From positions 1,600,001 through 1,664,000 of the forward strand of contig CAWJET010000002.1 of the NCBI GenBank assembly GCA_963842085.1: a DNA stretch of 64,000 bases, given 5' to 3'. Both the position numbers and the translations under genes were made by a program. This DNA is from an uncultured delta proteobacterium. Its GTDB lineage: Bacteria > Desulfobacterota > Binatia > Binatales > Binataceae. Positions 54,300 to 64,000 of this stretch are shown one piece after another (the stretch's first letter is position 1; each line of letters opens with the position of its first letter). Below the pieces are notes generated by a model. That model ran no database searches. It saw only the letters and a program-made list of their open reading frames with translations, and was not told the origin of the DNA.

Positions 54300-54625
54300 T
54301 TCCACTTTTCCTTGAGGCGCGGGTCGTCGGTCGCGATACAAGCGGCGTTATCGACGCGCGCTCGTGCGAGTTCGGGATCAGCCGGTTGCCGTCTCTGAAA
54401 GCGCCTCAGCTTCCCAGTAGCGTCAAGCTTCGCCGGATCGCCATTCTTGTTTTGGAGTTCCGTGAGCGCCTCCTTGCAAATATCAGCGCTGTTAAAGCTG
54501 GTTACGATGGTCCAGCGCGAAATTGGAGCCGCCGAATCAATGGAATGAGGACGACCCGTGAAATTGGGCGGCACCATCAGATACCACCCCACAAGCGCGA
54601 ACGCGGCGGCGTGGCGCAGATTCAT
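54296..54625 (-). CDS. WYLMxPP...CIATDDPRL small secreted protein
   Basis: MNLRHAAAFALVGWYLMVPP...APISRW...FNSADIC...CIATDDPRLKEK. Confidence 0.8.
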   Translation of the reverse strand: MNLRHAAAFALVGWYLMVPPNFTGRPHSIDSAAPISRWTIVTSFNSADICKEALTELQNKNGDPAKLDATGKLRRFQRRQPADPELARARVDNAACIATDDPRLKEKWK

Positions 54626-54769
54626 CGAGAATGCCATTGAGCGGTGGAAGGTTCTCTTGCCCCGCGATATTCCACGCCCTCGTCATGAGCGGAAGGGTCA
54701 TGAATCACATGGAAAATGACAGGGTAGCCGCCAAGTGTCGGCCTTCTGAAGAATAACCAAGCCGTAGAG

Positions 54770-54862
54770 CAGCTGGGCGACTTCGATGCCGAGCATTAGC
54801 AATTCACCGTGTATTCGCGGCGCTCCCCAGAGTGGGTTCTCCTCACTCATCCGTCGGATGAG
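54770..54862 (-). mobile_element. IS481-like transposase fragment
   Basis: LIRRMSEENPLWGAPRIHGELLMLGIEV. Confidence 0.65.
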
Positions 54863-57175
54863 TGTCGGGGCTGATGATGCTCAATCGAGCGACGATGAAC
54901 TATCAGAGCCGAAGAGATCGGCAACACGCATTACGAACGCGGATGCGGGAGCTGGCCGCGAGCCGGGTGCGGTTCGGCTATCGACGGTTGACGGTGCTGC
55001 TCAGGCGCGAAGGCTGGGCGGTTAACCCCAAGCGCATCTATCGACTCTACACCGAAGACGGACTTGCGGTGCGGACCAAGGTGCGCAAGAAGATCGCGCG
55101 GCGCGCGCGGGTGCTGCTGCTAGCGGACAGCTCGCTGAATGGTCACAAGGTGGCATTGGCGCTATCGCAGGTAATCGCAGAGCGCGGAGCGCCGGTTTCG
55201 ATCACAGTCGACAACGAACTAAGTAAGAAAGCAATGGCCGGGAGCGAACACACATCTGCGAGGGCTCGCGAAGCGAGCAGTGGGCTACGATTGCGCAATA
55301 GTCTAGGGACGGTGAACCGGCGCTGTAGCCTCCGTGTCGGCGCACCGTCAAGGGTTCGCTCGCGGAGCTCGCCGGCTGATGCCGCCCTTGACCGGCGCCG
55401 CCACTGCGGCTGAGTGGGTAGTTAGCGGGAGCTAAAGCTCCCGGACTGCTACGCAGCCGTACTGATGCGAACAGGCAATCCAAGTGGTTCCACCTCAGGT
55501 GTGGGCGCGGCTCTCACCATAGTAAACACAGGATCCAGCAGGCCAAGCGCTGTGGTCCTCACCGAACTCAAAACAGATATGCCAACCCAGGTGGAAGGCC
55601 CGAACATTATCGACGGGGTCGAAACCGCCCCAACGGCACTTGCACGAGAGGGCTCCTCCACCTGGAACTGGTGTTCAAAAAACGGCCGATAATCGACCTG
55701 ATGCTTGATCAACCCGAAGATCACTCGCGCCAGCTTGGCAGCGACCGCAGTGTAAGCCTTACGCCGGAGGTCCGCATCGAGCGGATTGCCGCGAACGTAG
55801 TTGTCGAACTTGCGACGGAAACTGTTCTCCCGCAGTCGGACCGCGGTCTGCGCCGCCATCCACAAAGCGGTACGCAGCCTGGCATTGCCGTACTTCGAGA
55901 TGTGGCTCTGACCACGCGATTTACCCGACTGCAGGGTGGAGAGGTTCAAGCCGCAGAAATTCAGGGACTGGCGATGGTGCCGGAAGCGGCGTAGATCGCC
56001 GGCCTCGGCAAGAATGGTTAGGGCGTTGGCCGGCCCGATGCCCGGCACGGTCATGAGTCGCCGGCTATCGGAATTACCTTCCAACAGGAGCGCAGCCTGT
56101 TCGGCGATCCGCTCACGCAACTGATGCAGGATCAAATACTGCTCGAGAACCAGGCGGAACATTGCAATGGCGGCACTATCGATCGCCATCGGCACACCGA
56201 TCGACCGTTTCGCGGCAGTGTAGATCTCCGCCAGCAGCCCCGCTTGCTCACTTTGCGGCCGACCAGGTTCCACGCCCGCGTCTGGAACTCCTCTTCGCTC
56301 AACGCGGTAATCGAGGCCGGCGTCGGAAAGCTGGCCAACAGTTGGATCAACCAAACGCTATGGTCCGAGCGAACGAAGCGATCAATCTCCGGGAAATAGA
56401 GCGAGAAGTAATGGTTGCGCAGCGTGTGCCAGACCCGTACCCGCGCCAGCGTCACCTGGAAATGGGTCTTCGAGAGTTCCTGAATATCGTTGATGCCGTT
56501 GACGACTGGATCGTGCCAGGTCTGCGCCAATCCGGTCTTCAACAGATGGAGGATCACTTGGGCGTCCTTCGGATCGTTCTTATCCCATGAGTTGTGCATG
56601 GCTTCGCGAGTACGGGCCAGCGCCAGAGTAGAAATCAGACGCAGCTCGCAACCCTGGCGGTGGAGAAAATACGCCAGCGGCCGATGATAGTTCCCGGTCG
56701 CTTCAAAGCCGACCAACACCGAACTCTTGAACCCTCTCAGATAACCGGCCAAGTGCTCAAAATCCTCGAGATTGTTCGCCAGTCGCAGCCGACATCGTCG
56801 TTTCGGAGCCGGCGGTTCGATAAGAACATCGTGATAGTGCTTGGCGATGTCCACCGCTACCAGTGTCACGCTGGGGCGTATCGTTGCTCTCGGTCATGGC
56901 TGGAGATCCTCCCGCTAAAGGTTGGGCTCGCACCGCAACCATCGCAGGAGTGTTAATCGTCGGCCATGACCGCTTCCCGACGTATTACGGGACGGAGTTT
57001 GCAAGCAAAGCGATGGACGCGTGAGCGTATCAGTACGGCGTGCAACTCAACTTCATCCGGCCGGGCCGGCCGGTGGAAAACTGCTACATCGAATCGTTTA
57101 ACGGTCGGCTGAGGGATGAGTGCTTGAACGTCGACGTATTCTTTGCGCTCATCGACGTGCGTGACAAGCTCGAGC
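54862..57175 (+). mobile_element. IS3-family orfB remnant split by IS110
   Basis: RFGYRRL...SITVDN | GTEFASKAM...FIRPGRPVENCYIESFNGRLRDECLN. Confidence 0.82.
55217..56989 (-). mobile_element. IS110-family element, frameshifted transposase, long 3' non-coding end
   Basis: AVDIAK, GFEATG.Y, KNDPKDA (DEDD); VPGIG, SGKS..SKYGN.RLR; ACG core at both junctions restores IS3 VDNGTE. Confidence 0.87.
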
Positions 57176-57446
57176 CACCGGTCACCCAGGATCAGATTCT
57201 GACGAGGCACAGCCGACAGGTTCGTTCGATTCACCATATGTTCGCCGATACTGTCTGGCTGGCTAGCCGGTCCGTTGAAACTATCCATGCCGGCGTCATG
57301 TCGATGAATCTCGAAACCCTAGACTTTTCGCTTTTCAGAGTCTTTGGTAGGCACAACCGCCAGCTCATCGAAACCACCAACCAATTTGGGCGGATTAAGT
57401 TTTGAGGAGCCACAGGTTTCGTTTTCAGCGAGAACCCCGCTTCCTG

Positions 57447-59102
57447 TTAGCGACCCTCGCTCTTGCCAGTGGATTCATTCAATCCGGACTGTACCGCGCT
57501 TCGTACCGACGGATGAAAGGTTTCACCAATCCGTTCTGCGAAGCCCGAGCGGATCAATTTATCCCGGATTTCGTTTTTGACGCGCGCGACCACGAATGCG
57601 ATTCCCTTTGCAGCCAGCTCTGACCGGATCTCCTCCAACGCCTCCAGGCCGGTCATGTCGATTACATTGATCGCCTCCATATCGAAGACAAAAAGGTGTA
57701 GCGATTGACCCGACAAAGCTACCACATCGCGCACTCGCTTCTTGAAGTAATCAGCATTGAAGAACAAGAGCGCCGCGTCGAAACGATAGACCAGGAGCCC
57801 TGGGATTGTCTGTGCGTTGGGGTATTCGCTGATGTCGGTAAATCCATCGACGCCGGGAACTTGCCCAAGGATCGCGTCGTAGGGACTCGAAGCGCGTCTT
57901 ATGAGAAGAATGAGGCTGAGCATCACAGTCAGGGCGATCCCCGGCAAGACTCCGATTGTCGCGACACCTAAGGTCGCGATGAGGGAAAGCGCAAATTCCG
58001 ATCGGCTGATATCGCGCATCTTCCACACAGTCTGAAAATCGAAAAGCGATGCGCCCGCCAAGACGAGTACCGCGCCCAGCGAAGCAGTCGGAATGTAGGC
58101 GAGCGGGCCAGTACAGACCATGAGAACCAATGCCATAACAAGGGCAGCCGTCAATCCGCTCACCTGCGACCGGCCGCCAGTAATATCGTTAATTGCCGTG
58201 CGTGAGTCCGTGCCCGCAATCGCGAAGCCGCTCGAAAGACCGGAAGTAACGTTTGCCAGGCCGAGGGCGATGAATTCTCGATCTGCCGCGACTTCGTATC
58301 CGTTCCGTACAGCAAAGCTCTTTGCCGCTACCATCGAACCGCAGAAGCAAATCAGAACGATGCCTCCTGCGTCGGGTAGAAGACGGACCGCGTCAAGGAG
58401 AAAGCCAGCCGGCACGTGAGGCCACAGGAATCCCGCCGGAACCGCGCCCAACGTCTTCACTGCCCATTTTTCTGAGTCCAATATGGCCATCATTGCGATT
58501 CCACCGCAGACACCGACCAGCGCGCTCGGAAGGCGGGGAGCAAGTCTTCCTATCACGTAGATAAGTATGAGGGTAACGACTCCTACAATCAAAGTTGGGA
58601 AATGTGTACGCGGGAGCTTCGAAACAAAATCTGCAATCCGCAGGAAGAACCCGGTGTCAGTGCGTACTGCATATCCGCACAACTTTCCGAGTTGACCGCT
58701 GACGATGGTCAACGCCATTCCGTTTAGAAACCCGACGAGGACCGGACGAGAGAGAAAATTCGCAATCGCGCCCAGGCGTAGCAGCCCACCAGCTATGCAG
58801 AGAATGCCAACGAGTATGGCTAGCGTGATCGAGAGGTCCAGGTAATGCTGCGGACTTCCAAGGGCCAAGGGTTCGAGCGCCGCAGCAACCAACGCGCAGG
58901 TCGCCGCGTCAGGACCTACAATGAGCTGTCGTGACGAGCCGACGATTGCATATGCGATCAGAGGAAGAATGCTAGCGTAAAGCCCTACGACGGGAGAAAA
59001 TCCGGCCAACTCAGAGTAGGCGAGCGCTGTTGGAATTTCGACTGCGGCTACTGCGACGCCGGCGAGGAGGTCGGTACTTCTCAGCGACGTACTTCTTAGC
59101 AA
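57447..59102 (-). CDS. SulP-family anion permease with STAS domain (N-terminus probably truncated)
   Basis: DLLAG...IP.ALAY..LAG, GSSRQLIVGP, DSRTA, YRFDA.L.FFNA. Confidence 0.88.
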   Translation of the reverse strand: MLRSTSLRSTDLLAGVAVAAVEIPTALAYSELAGFSPVVGLYASILPLIAYAIVGSSRQLIVGPDAATCALVAAALEPLALGSPQHYLDLSITLAILVGILCIAGGLLRLGAIANFLSRPVLVGFLNGMALTIVSGQLGKLCGYAVRTDTGFFLRIADFVSKLPRTHFPTLIVGVVTLILIYVIGRLAPRLPSALVGVCGGIAMMAILDSEKWAVKTLGAVPAGFLWPHVPAGFLLDAVRLLPDAGGIVLICFCGSMVAAKSFAVRNGYEVAADREFIALGLANVTSGLSSGFAIAGTDSRTAINDITGGRSQVSGLTAALVMALVLMVCTGPLAYIPTASLGAVLVLAGASLFDFQTVWKMRDISRSEFALSLIATLGVATIGVLPGIALTVMLSLILLIRRASSPYDAILGQVPGVDGFTDISEYPNAQTIPGLLVYRFDAALLFFNADYFKKRVRDVVALSGQSLHLFVFDMEAINVIDMTGLEALEEIRSELAAKGIAFVVARVKNEIRDKLIRSGFAERIGETFHPSVRSAVQSGLNESTGKSEGR

Positions 59103-59181
59103 ATAACCGCTCCACCTATGCTGTTATGAATCGCTTCAGTCGAATAGCGAAGGTGTAGTCTGTTGCCTTGGCTGAACCAGC

Positions 59182-60156
59182 TTAATCGTCCACTTCCCGC
59201 CAAGTCGCGTCGGGATTGTATTCGGTTGTTTCGCTTGCCACTTTGGCCGTGTCCGCGCCAAGGTCCTTCTGAACGATAACGCCGTCCTGATTTATCATAA
59301 ACGTCATAACGCCTGACGCGCGGTATGTGGCCGGATAGGCGAGAAAGGCAAACCCCTGCGTCATTTTCTCCTCTTCCAGATAATCCTTCGCGCCGCTGGG
59401 AGCATTTTTGCCCTGCCGGGTGAGGACTCTGTAGTAGTAACCGTGGAAAGGAATGGGCGTGCCCGTTCCGGTCTTGTAGCCCTCGGCTGTCGCATCCGCA
59501 ATTAGAGGTCCAATTGGACTCTCCTCTTCCCCAGAGCTAACAGGCCAGTATAGGCCATCATGTTTGCCCGGGTCGCTCTGGATCTTCTGCGCAAAATGCT
59601 TGACGCCTCCGTCATCCAGAGTCTCGCTTGCATATTCCTGTTGCGCCTCAGCAAGGTCTGCCAGGACGTCGATTGTAAACAGCTCGTTGGGCCCGATCCG
59701 ACGGTAGAGTAGCTCTCTTTTTCCGGAGGCAGTGTTAAATACCCATCCGTCGGCCTTCTTCACTAACGGAATCGGGAAGGGCCAGTTGTCGGCCCCCAGA
59801 TACAGGGTCACTCGACCTTTGTCATCATACGCCAAGCGGTGCATCTCATCGTACTTGGCAACAAAATTGTCTCGCGCGTTGTTATCGGCAACCGGATCGC
59901 CCGACGAGAGAATCTCTTTCGCGTCTCCGCCTAGAATCGAAGAAAGAGCGGCCATATCGTCGGTATGTGCTGCCGCTACCAGTGCCTTTGCTGCTACCGT
60001 CCCTGATGGGAACACTTGCTGCCCAGCCGCCGTAGCTGCTGCGCTTGAGAGGGTCAAGAAGCTGCAGGCGAGCGCCGAGATGGCGCCTATACGTCTGCAT
60101 TTGTCCGACATCATTGAATTCTTGAAGTTGAGCATCGCTAATCTCTCTTGGTTCAC
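59182..60156 (-). CDS. DUF2950 exported protein
   Basis: WPFPIPLVK, RRIG.NEL, GKHDGLYWP, PFHGYYYR, Y.ASGVMTF.IN..G. Confidence 0.85.
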   Translation of the reverse strand: MNQERLAMLNFKNSMMSDKCRRIGAISALACSFLTLSSAAATAAGQQVFPSGTVAAKALVAAAHTDDMAALSSILGGDAKEILSSGDPVADNNARDNFVAKYDEMHRLAYDDKGRVTLYLGADNWPFPIPLVKKADGWVFNTASGKRELLYRRIGPNELFTIDVLADLAEAQQEYASETLDDGGVKHFAQKIQSDPGKHDGLYWPVSSGEEESPIGPLIADATAEGYKTGTGTPIPFHGYYYRVLTRQGKNAPSGAKDYLEEEKMTQGFAFLAYPATYRASGVMTFMINQDGVIVQKDLGADTAKVASETTEYNPDATWREVDD

Positions 60157-60633
60157 GGTTCCCTTTTACCCGTTCCGACTGCGAAGGATCCTCGGGAGCG
60201 GCCCGAATCGCCAGCTAGCGTCGTCGCCCCCCGCCTCCGCCACGTCCACCGCCGCCTCCGCCTCCTCGACCACCTCGGCCGCCACCGCCGCCTCGGCCGC
60301 GTCCTGCACCGCCGCGGCCACCGAGTCCGCCTCCGCCCAAGCTGGACCTCCCCCGGTTGCTCGAGTTTTGGGCAAGTCCACCGGGTTGATAGCCACTGAA
60401 TGCGCCGTTGCGACCGCCTCTAGCATCAGCTCCGGCGCCAAATCCTCGCTTCTGATTGTTGGCGCGATTCGCAGTTGCGGGTCGGTTAGATGCCATGCTA
60501 TTGGCCCGCTGGGCTGGGCGCATCGATGCTGGGGCCGGCCGATTTTGCCCCGGATTCCGCTGCGAATTGCCAAGCGCGGAACTGTTCGGGAGGGCTTCTG
60601 CCTTCGGGAAGGTAGGTTTCGCGATATTCGGAC
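60150..60633 (-). pseudogene. Gly/Arg-rich C-terminal tail of a DUF3300-like gene cut by IS3
   Basis: GAFSGY...SSNRGRSS.GGG..RGGG tail directly upstream of DUF2950, the usual partner gene. Confidence 0.55.
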
Positions 60634-62146
60634 TGTACGTCGTCAGAACCTATTGGACAAGTTGGCACAGGAATTAAGAGAGGATCTGGTCCATCTGAGT
60701 TGAACCTTTGGCTGCGAACGAATGATGCAGCCGGCGTCTGGCTTCGATGGTTTTCAGTTTGGCATTTTTCCTCCGTGACAGAATCGCGGGACCTCGGCCG
60801 AAGTAGACGTCGGCCGGGGTCAGGTTGTTGAGACTTTCGTGGTAGCGGCGCGAGTTGTAGTAGTCGACGAACTCGGCCAGGCGCGCTTCGAGCTGACCGG
60901 GCAGGTAGTAGTTCTCGAGCAGGATCTGGTTCTTCATCGAACGATGGTAACGTTCGATCTTACCCTGGGTCATCGGGTGATAGGGCTTGCCGCGGGTATG
61001 CATCATGCCATGCTCCGCGAGCCAGGAGCCAAGCTGGGCCGACACGTACGACGGTCCGTTGTCGCTCAGCAGGCGCGGCCGGTGCCGGACGCGGACGCGC
61101 TCCAACCCGGAGTTGCGCAGCGCCATCGCGAGGGTGTCGGAGACATCGGTGGCAGTCATGGTGGTACACAGCTTCCAGGCCAGGATATAGCGCGAGAAGT
61201 CATCAAGGACAGTCGACAGATAGAACCAGCCCCAGCCGATCACCCGCAGGTAGGTAAAGTCGGTCTGCCAGAGTTGATTGGGTGCGGTGGTTGGATGGGC
61301 GAAGCTGTCGGCTGCCTTCATCAAGATGAAGGCCGGGCTGGTGATCAGGTCGTGCGCCTTCAGCAGCCGATAAACTGAGGCTTCCGAGACGAAGTACTGC
61401 TGCTGGTCGACGAACGAGACCGCCAACTCCCGCGGCGATAGCTGCGGTTCTTTGAGCGCAAGCTCGAGCACGGCCTGAGTAACTGCAGCTGGGAGCTTGT
61501 TCCACACCCGCCGCGGCGCCGGCGTGCGATCCTCCAGCCCTTCATCATCGCGAGTTCGATAGCGATCGTACCAGCAATAGAAGGTGGACCGTGGGATGCC
61601 GATCTGCTCCAGGGTGCGCCGCACCGGCAGCGACGACTGCTCGACCAGCCGGATGATCTCCAGCTTCTCGGCGGCCGCGTACCTCATATATCGGACTCCC
61701 CATCCGCCAGCACGCTTTTTTTGAGCAGGCGGTTCTCCATCATCAGTTCGGCCAGCAGTTCCTTGAGCTGATGGCTCTCCGCCCGCAGCTCCTTGACTTC
61801 ATCGCTGGTCGCTTCACGCGCGGTATCGCCGGCCAGCCGCCTCTTGCCCGCCTCCAGGAAGTCCTTGGACCAGCGATAGTAGAGGTTCTGGTTGATCCCT
61901 TCCTTGCGGCACAACTCGGCCACGCTATCCTCGCCGCGCAGGCCGGCGATCACGATCCGGACCTTGTCCTCAGCCGAGAAGTGCCGGCGGGTCGCCCGCC
62001 TTATGTCGCGTACCGCCTTTTCCGCCCCATCCGACTGCGCATCGATTTTCGATCTCATCTACCGCTCCTTCCGCGGTTAAAGATGAGCCAAAAACCCTCT
62101 CTTCCTCAATCGCCTCGAATTGTCCAACTTGTGCTGACGGGGAACA
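60634..62146 (-). mobile_element. Complete IS3-family element (orfA 61684-62058, orfB 60674-61687)
   Basis: 27-bp imperfect IRs TGT....CGTCAG.AC...TTGGACAA; A7G -1 frameshift site at 61715-61722; WQTDFTY, SDNG, GKIER. Confidence 0.93.
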
Positions 62147-62966
62147 CCGCTGGCCCTTCGATCTCGACATCGGTGTCGCGCCACGCCTTGGAATCGCTGT
62201 CAGACACTTTTCTGCCGCTGCCGGAACCGCTCGAATAAACGTTGCTGATGTTGATACCGCCAAGGAAGGCAATCTTCCCGTCGATAATCATGAGCTTGCG
62301 ATGGTCACGATGGTTCGTGGAAAAGAAATGAAACCTTCTTTTCGCGGGGTTGAGCGGATTGAATCTGAGCGCGCGGATTCCGCTCTCCCGAAGGCGCTCA
62401 AAAAAAGCCTCGGAGGTGTGCATCGAGCCGAAGTCGTCGAAGATGATATTCACCTGCACGCCCGCACGTTGCTTCGCGATCAGCACGTCGGCAAATTCTT
62501 CTCCGATTGAGTCGTCTTCGAAGGTGAAGGTTTCGAGATGGATGTTGTCGGTCGCGCCCTCGATTGCATCGAACATCGCGCGGTAGGTGTCGGGCCCGTT
62601 CTTGAGCAGCGTCACCTTGTTTCCAACTATCAGCGGACTGCCGGTGATCGCCTGTTCGAAGGCGAGATGACGGTCCAGGATGTCGGTGTCGCCCGTTCTC
62701 TGCTCGAGTCTGGTGACGATATGCCGTTCTCGATCCTTCGCCAGGGGACCATCAGCTCCCGCGAACTTTGGCGATTGGCGATAAAGATGTGGCGAGTGGA
62801 TGGCCTCGACGGCGTCGGGCATCGTGCCGCAGCCCGCCAGACCAAGGAGAGCAAGAATCGCGACTAGAGCGACTATCCGAATTCGCTGGAGTCGCGCCCG
62901 GCACCGCGCTCGAAATTCGTCTTCAGCATGAGGCATCACGCTGCCTGCTCTTCTTATCGCGATCAA
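62147..62966 (-). pseudogene. cls: Cardiolipin synthase/PLD lipoprotein, 3'-truncated by IS3
   Basis: GN.V.LL.NG, HRKLMIIDG (first HKD), WRDTD..IEGP; second HKD missing. Confidence 0.85.
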
Positions 62967-62989
62967 CGCACACGAACGGATAATCGCGC

Positions 62990-64000
62990 CTACTGCGTTC
63001 CCTTTCCGTTGTCATGCGACGCTTGTGCGTGTTGTTGACCTCCAGCGTGCTGCTCCTGTCGGGGTTGCTCCGCGCGATGAGTTTCTGCCTGATGTTGCGC
63101 AGGGCGCGGCGCCTCTGCATGACGCGCTTCCTGATGTTGCGCGGCGTGAGCCTGCTCCGCGCTAGGCGCTTCCGCTCGGCGCTGTTCTGCGCGCCGCTGT
63201 TCAGCGCGAGACGCTTCCGCTCGGCGCTGCTCCACGCGCGGCTGCTCCGCACGAGGCGCTTCCACCCGGTGCTGTTCTTTGCGAGGCTGTTCAGCTCGGG
63301 TCGCTTCTACCGCCCGGTGCTGTTCAGCGCGCGGCTGTTCCACACGACGCGTTTCCACTTGGCGCTTTTCAGCGCGCGACTGCTCCGCTCGATGCGCTTC
63401 CGGTCTGCGCTCTTCTACGCGCGCCGGTTCCAACCGTCGCTGCGGCTCACGCGCAGCCTGCTCGCGCGTCGCTTCGTGTAATGCGCGCTCACGCCTTTGA
63501 TCCTCGAATCGTCGCTGTGCGGACCCGTTCGAGGCGAGGCGGCCTTCGGCCATGCGCTGCCGTTCGACGCGTGCCTGCGCCGCGAAAGCCTGCCGCCCCT
63601 TCATCCAATCCGGATGGTTCGAGGCGACCCATTTCGGATCTTTAGCAGTCCAATAGGAAGCGGCATGCCAGACATGGCTGCGGTCGTAATCGCCGTGCCA
63701 GTCGGGGTGACGCGAGCTTACCCAGCTTGGATCTCTCTGCACCCAGTAGATGGCCGGGCGCCACTCATGATGATCGTCGTAGTCACCCCACCATTCTGGA
63801 TGATGTCGCTCGACCCAGCTCGGCTGATTCTGCCACCACCACGCCGCTGGGTACCATTGATCCCGGTAGTAGTCGCCCCACCAGTCGGGATGATACTCGC
63901 GGCACCAACCGGGTTGGTTCTCCCACCACCAATCCGCAGGATACCAATATCCTTGATAGGGAGCGCCCCACCAGTCGGGGTGATCCCGCTCCGCCGATTC
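62990..64000 (-). CDS. Trp-rich HPDW-repeat protein with an E/Q/R-rich repeat tail (5' end beyond the window)
   Basis: Frame is open to 64000; ~30-aa HP(D/E)WWG repeats followed by RAEQ repeats. Confidence 0.75.
   Translation of the reverse strand, partial: ESAERDHPDWWGAPYQGYWYPADWWWENQPGWCREYHPDWWGDYYRDQWYPAAWWWQNQPSWVERHHPEWWGDYDDHHEWRPAIYWVQRDPSWVSSRHPDWHGDYDRSHVWHAASYWTAKDPKWVASNHPDWMKGRQAFAAQARVERQRMAEGRLASNGSAQRRFEDQRRERALHEATREQAAREPQRRLEPARVEERRPEAHRAEQSRAEKRQVETRRVEQPRAEQHRAVEATRAEQPRKEQHRVEAPRAEQPRVEQRRAEASRAEQRRAEQRRAEAPSAEQAHAAQHQEARHAEAPRPAQHQAETHRAEQPRQEQHAGGQQHAQASHDNGKGTQ

Noticed and set aside
53357-54625. Integron or diversity-generating retroelement
   Set aside because: No attC hairpins, IntI, reverse transcriptase or adenine-specific TR/VR pair was seen

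Overview
This is a GC-rich bacterial accessory region in which intact operons sit among many IS remnants and pseudogenes. The WYLMxPP...CIATDDPRL small-protein family and the DUF1329/molybdoenzyme content suggest Candidatus Binatia/Binatota, but that is my recollection and is not proven here. The main blocks are: (1) USP-rtcB-archease and mlaEFD; (2) a DUF2924 plus large serine recombinase module with tRNA-like ends and 21-bp phased repeats; (3) copA split by an in-frame TGA; (4) an intact arsR-arsM-TauD dioxygenase-methyltransferase operon, a candidate new organoarsenic pathway; (5) a ~15-kb operon behind a sigma54-type promoter, encoding a type II DMSO-reductase-family beta subunit, two paralogous Tat-less alpha subunits, three adenylate-forming-like proteins, a U32 protein, a membrane protein, MoaA, DUF1329 and a divergent MqnC-like radical SAM enzyme; (6) a convergent Rieske/cytochrome b/multiheme cytochrome c operon, preceded by the collapsed relic of a second copy of operon 5; (7) ABC permeases and CBS proteins; (8) a tandem array of small secreted proteins with conserved ends and variable cores; (9) IS110 inside IS3, SulP, DUF2950, an intact IS3, truncated cls and a Trp-rich repeat protein. 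All calls come from motif recognition by eye; no database searches were run.
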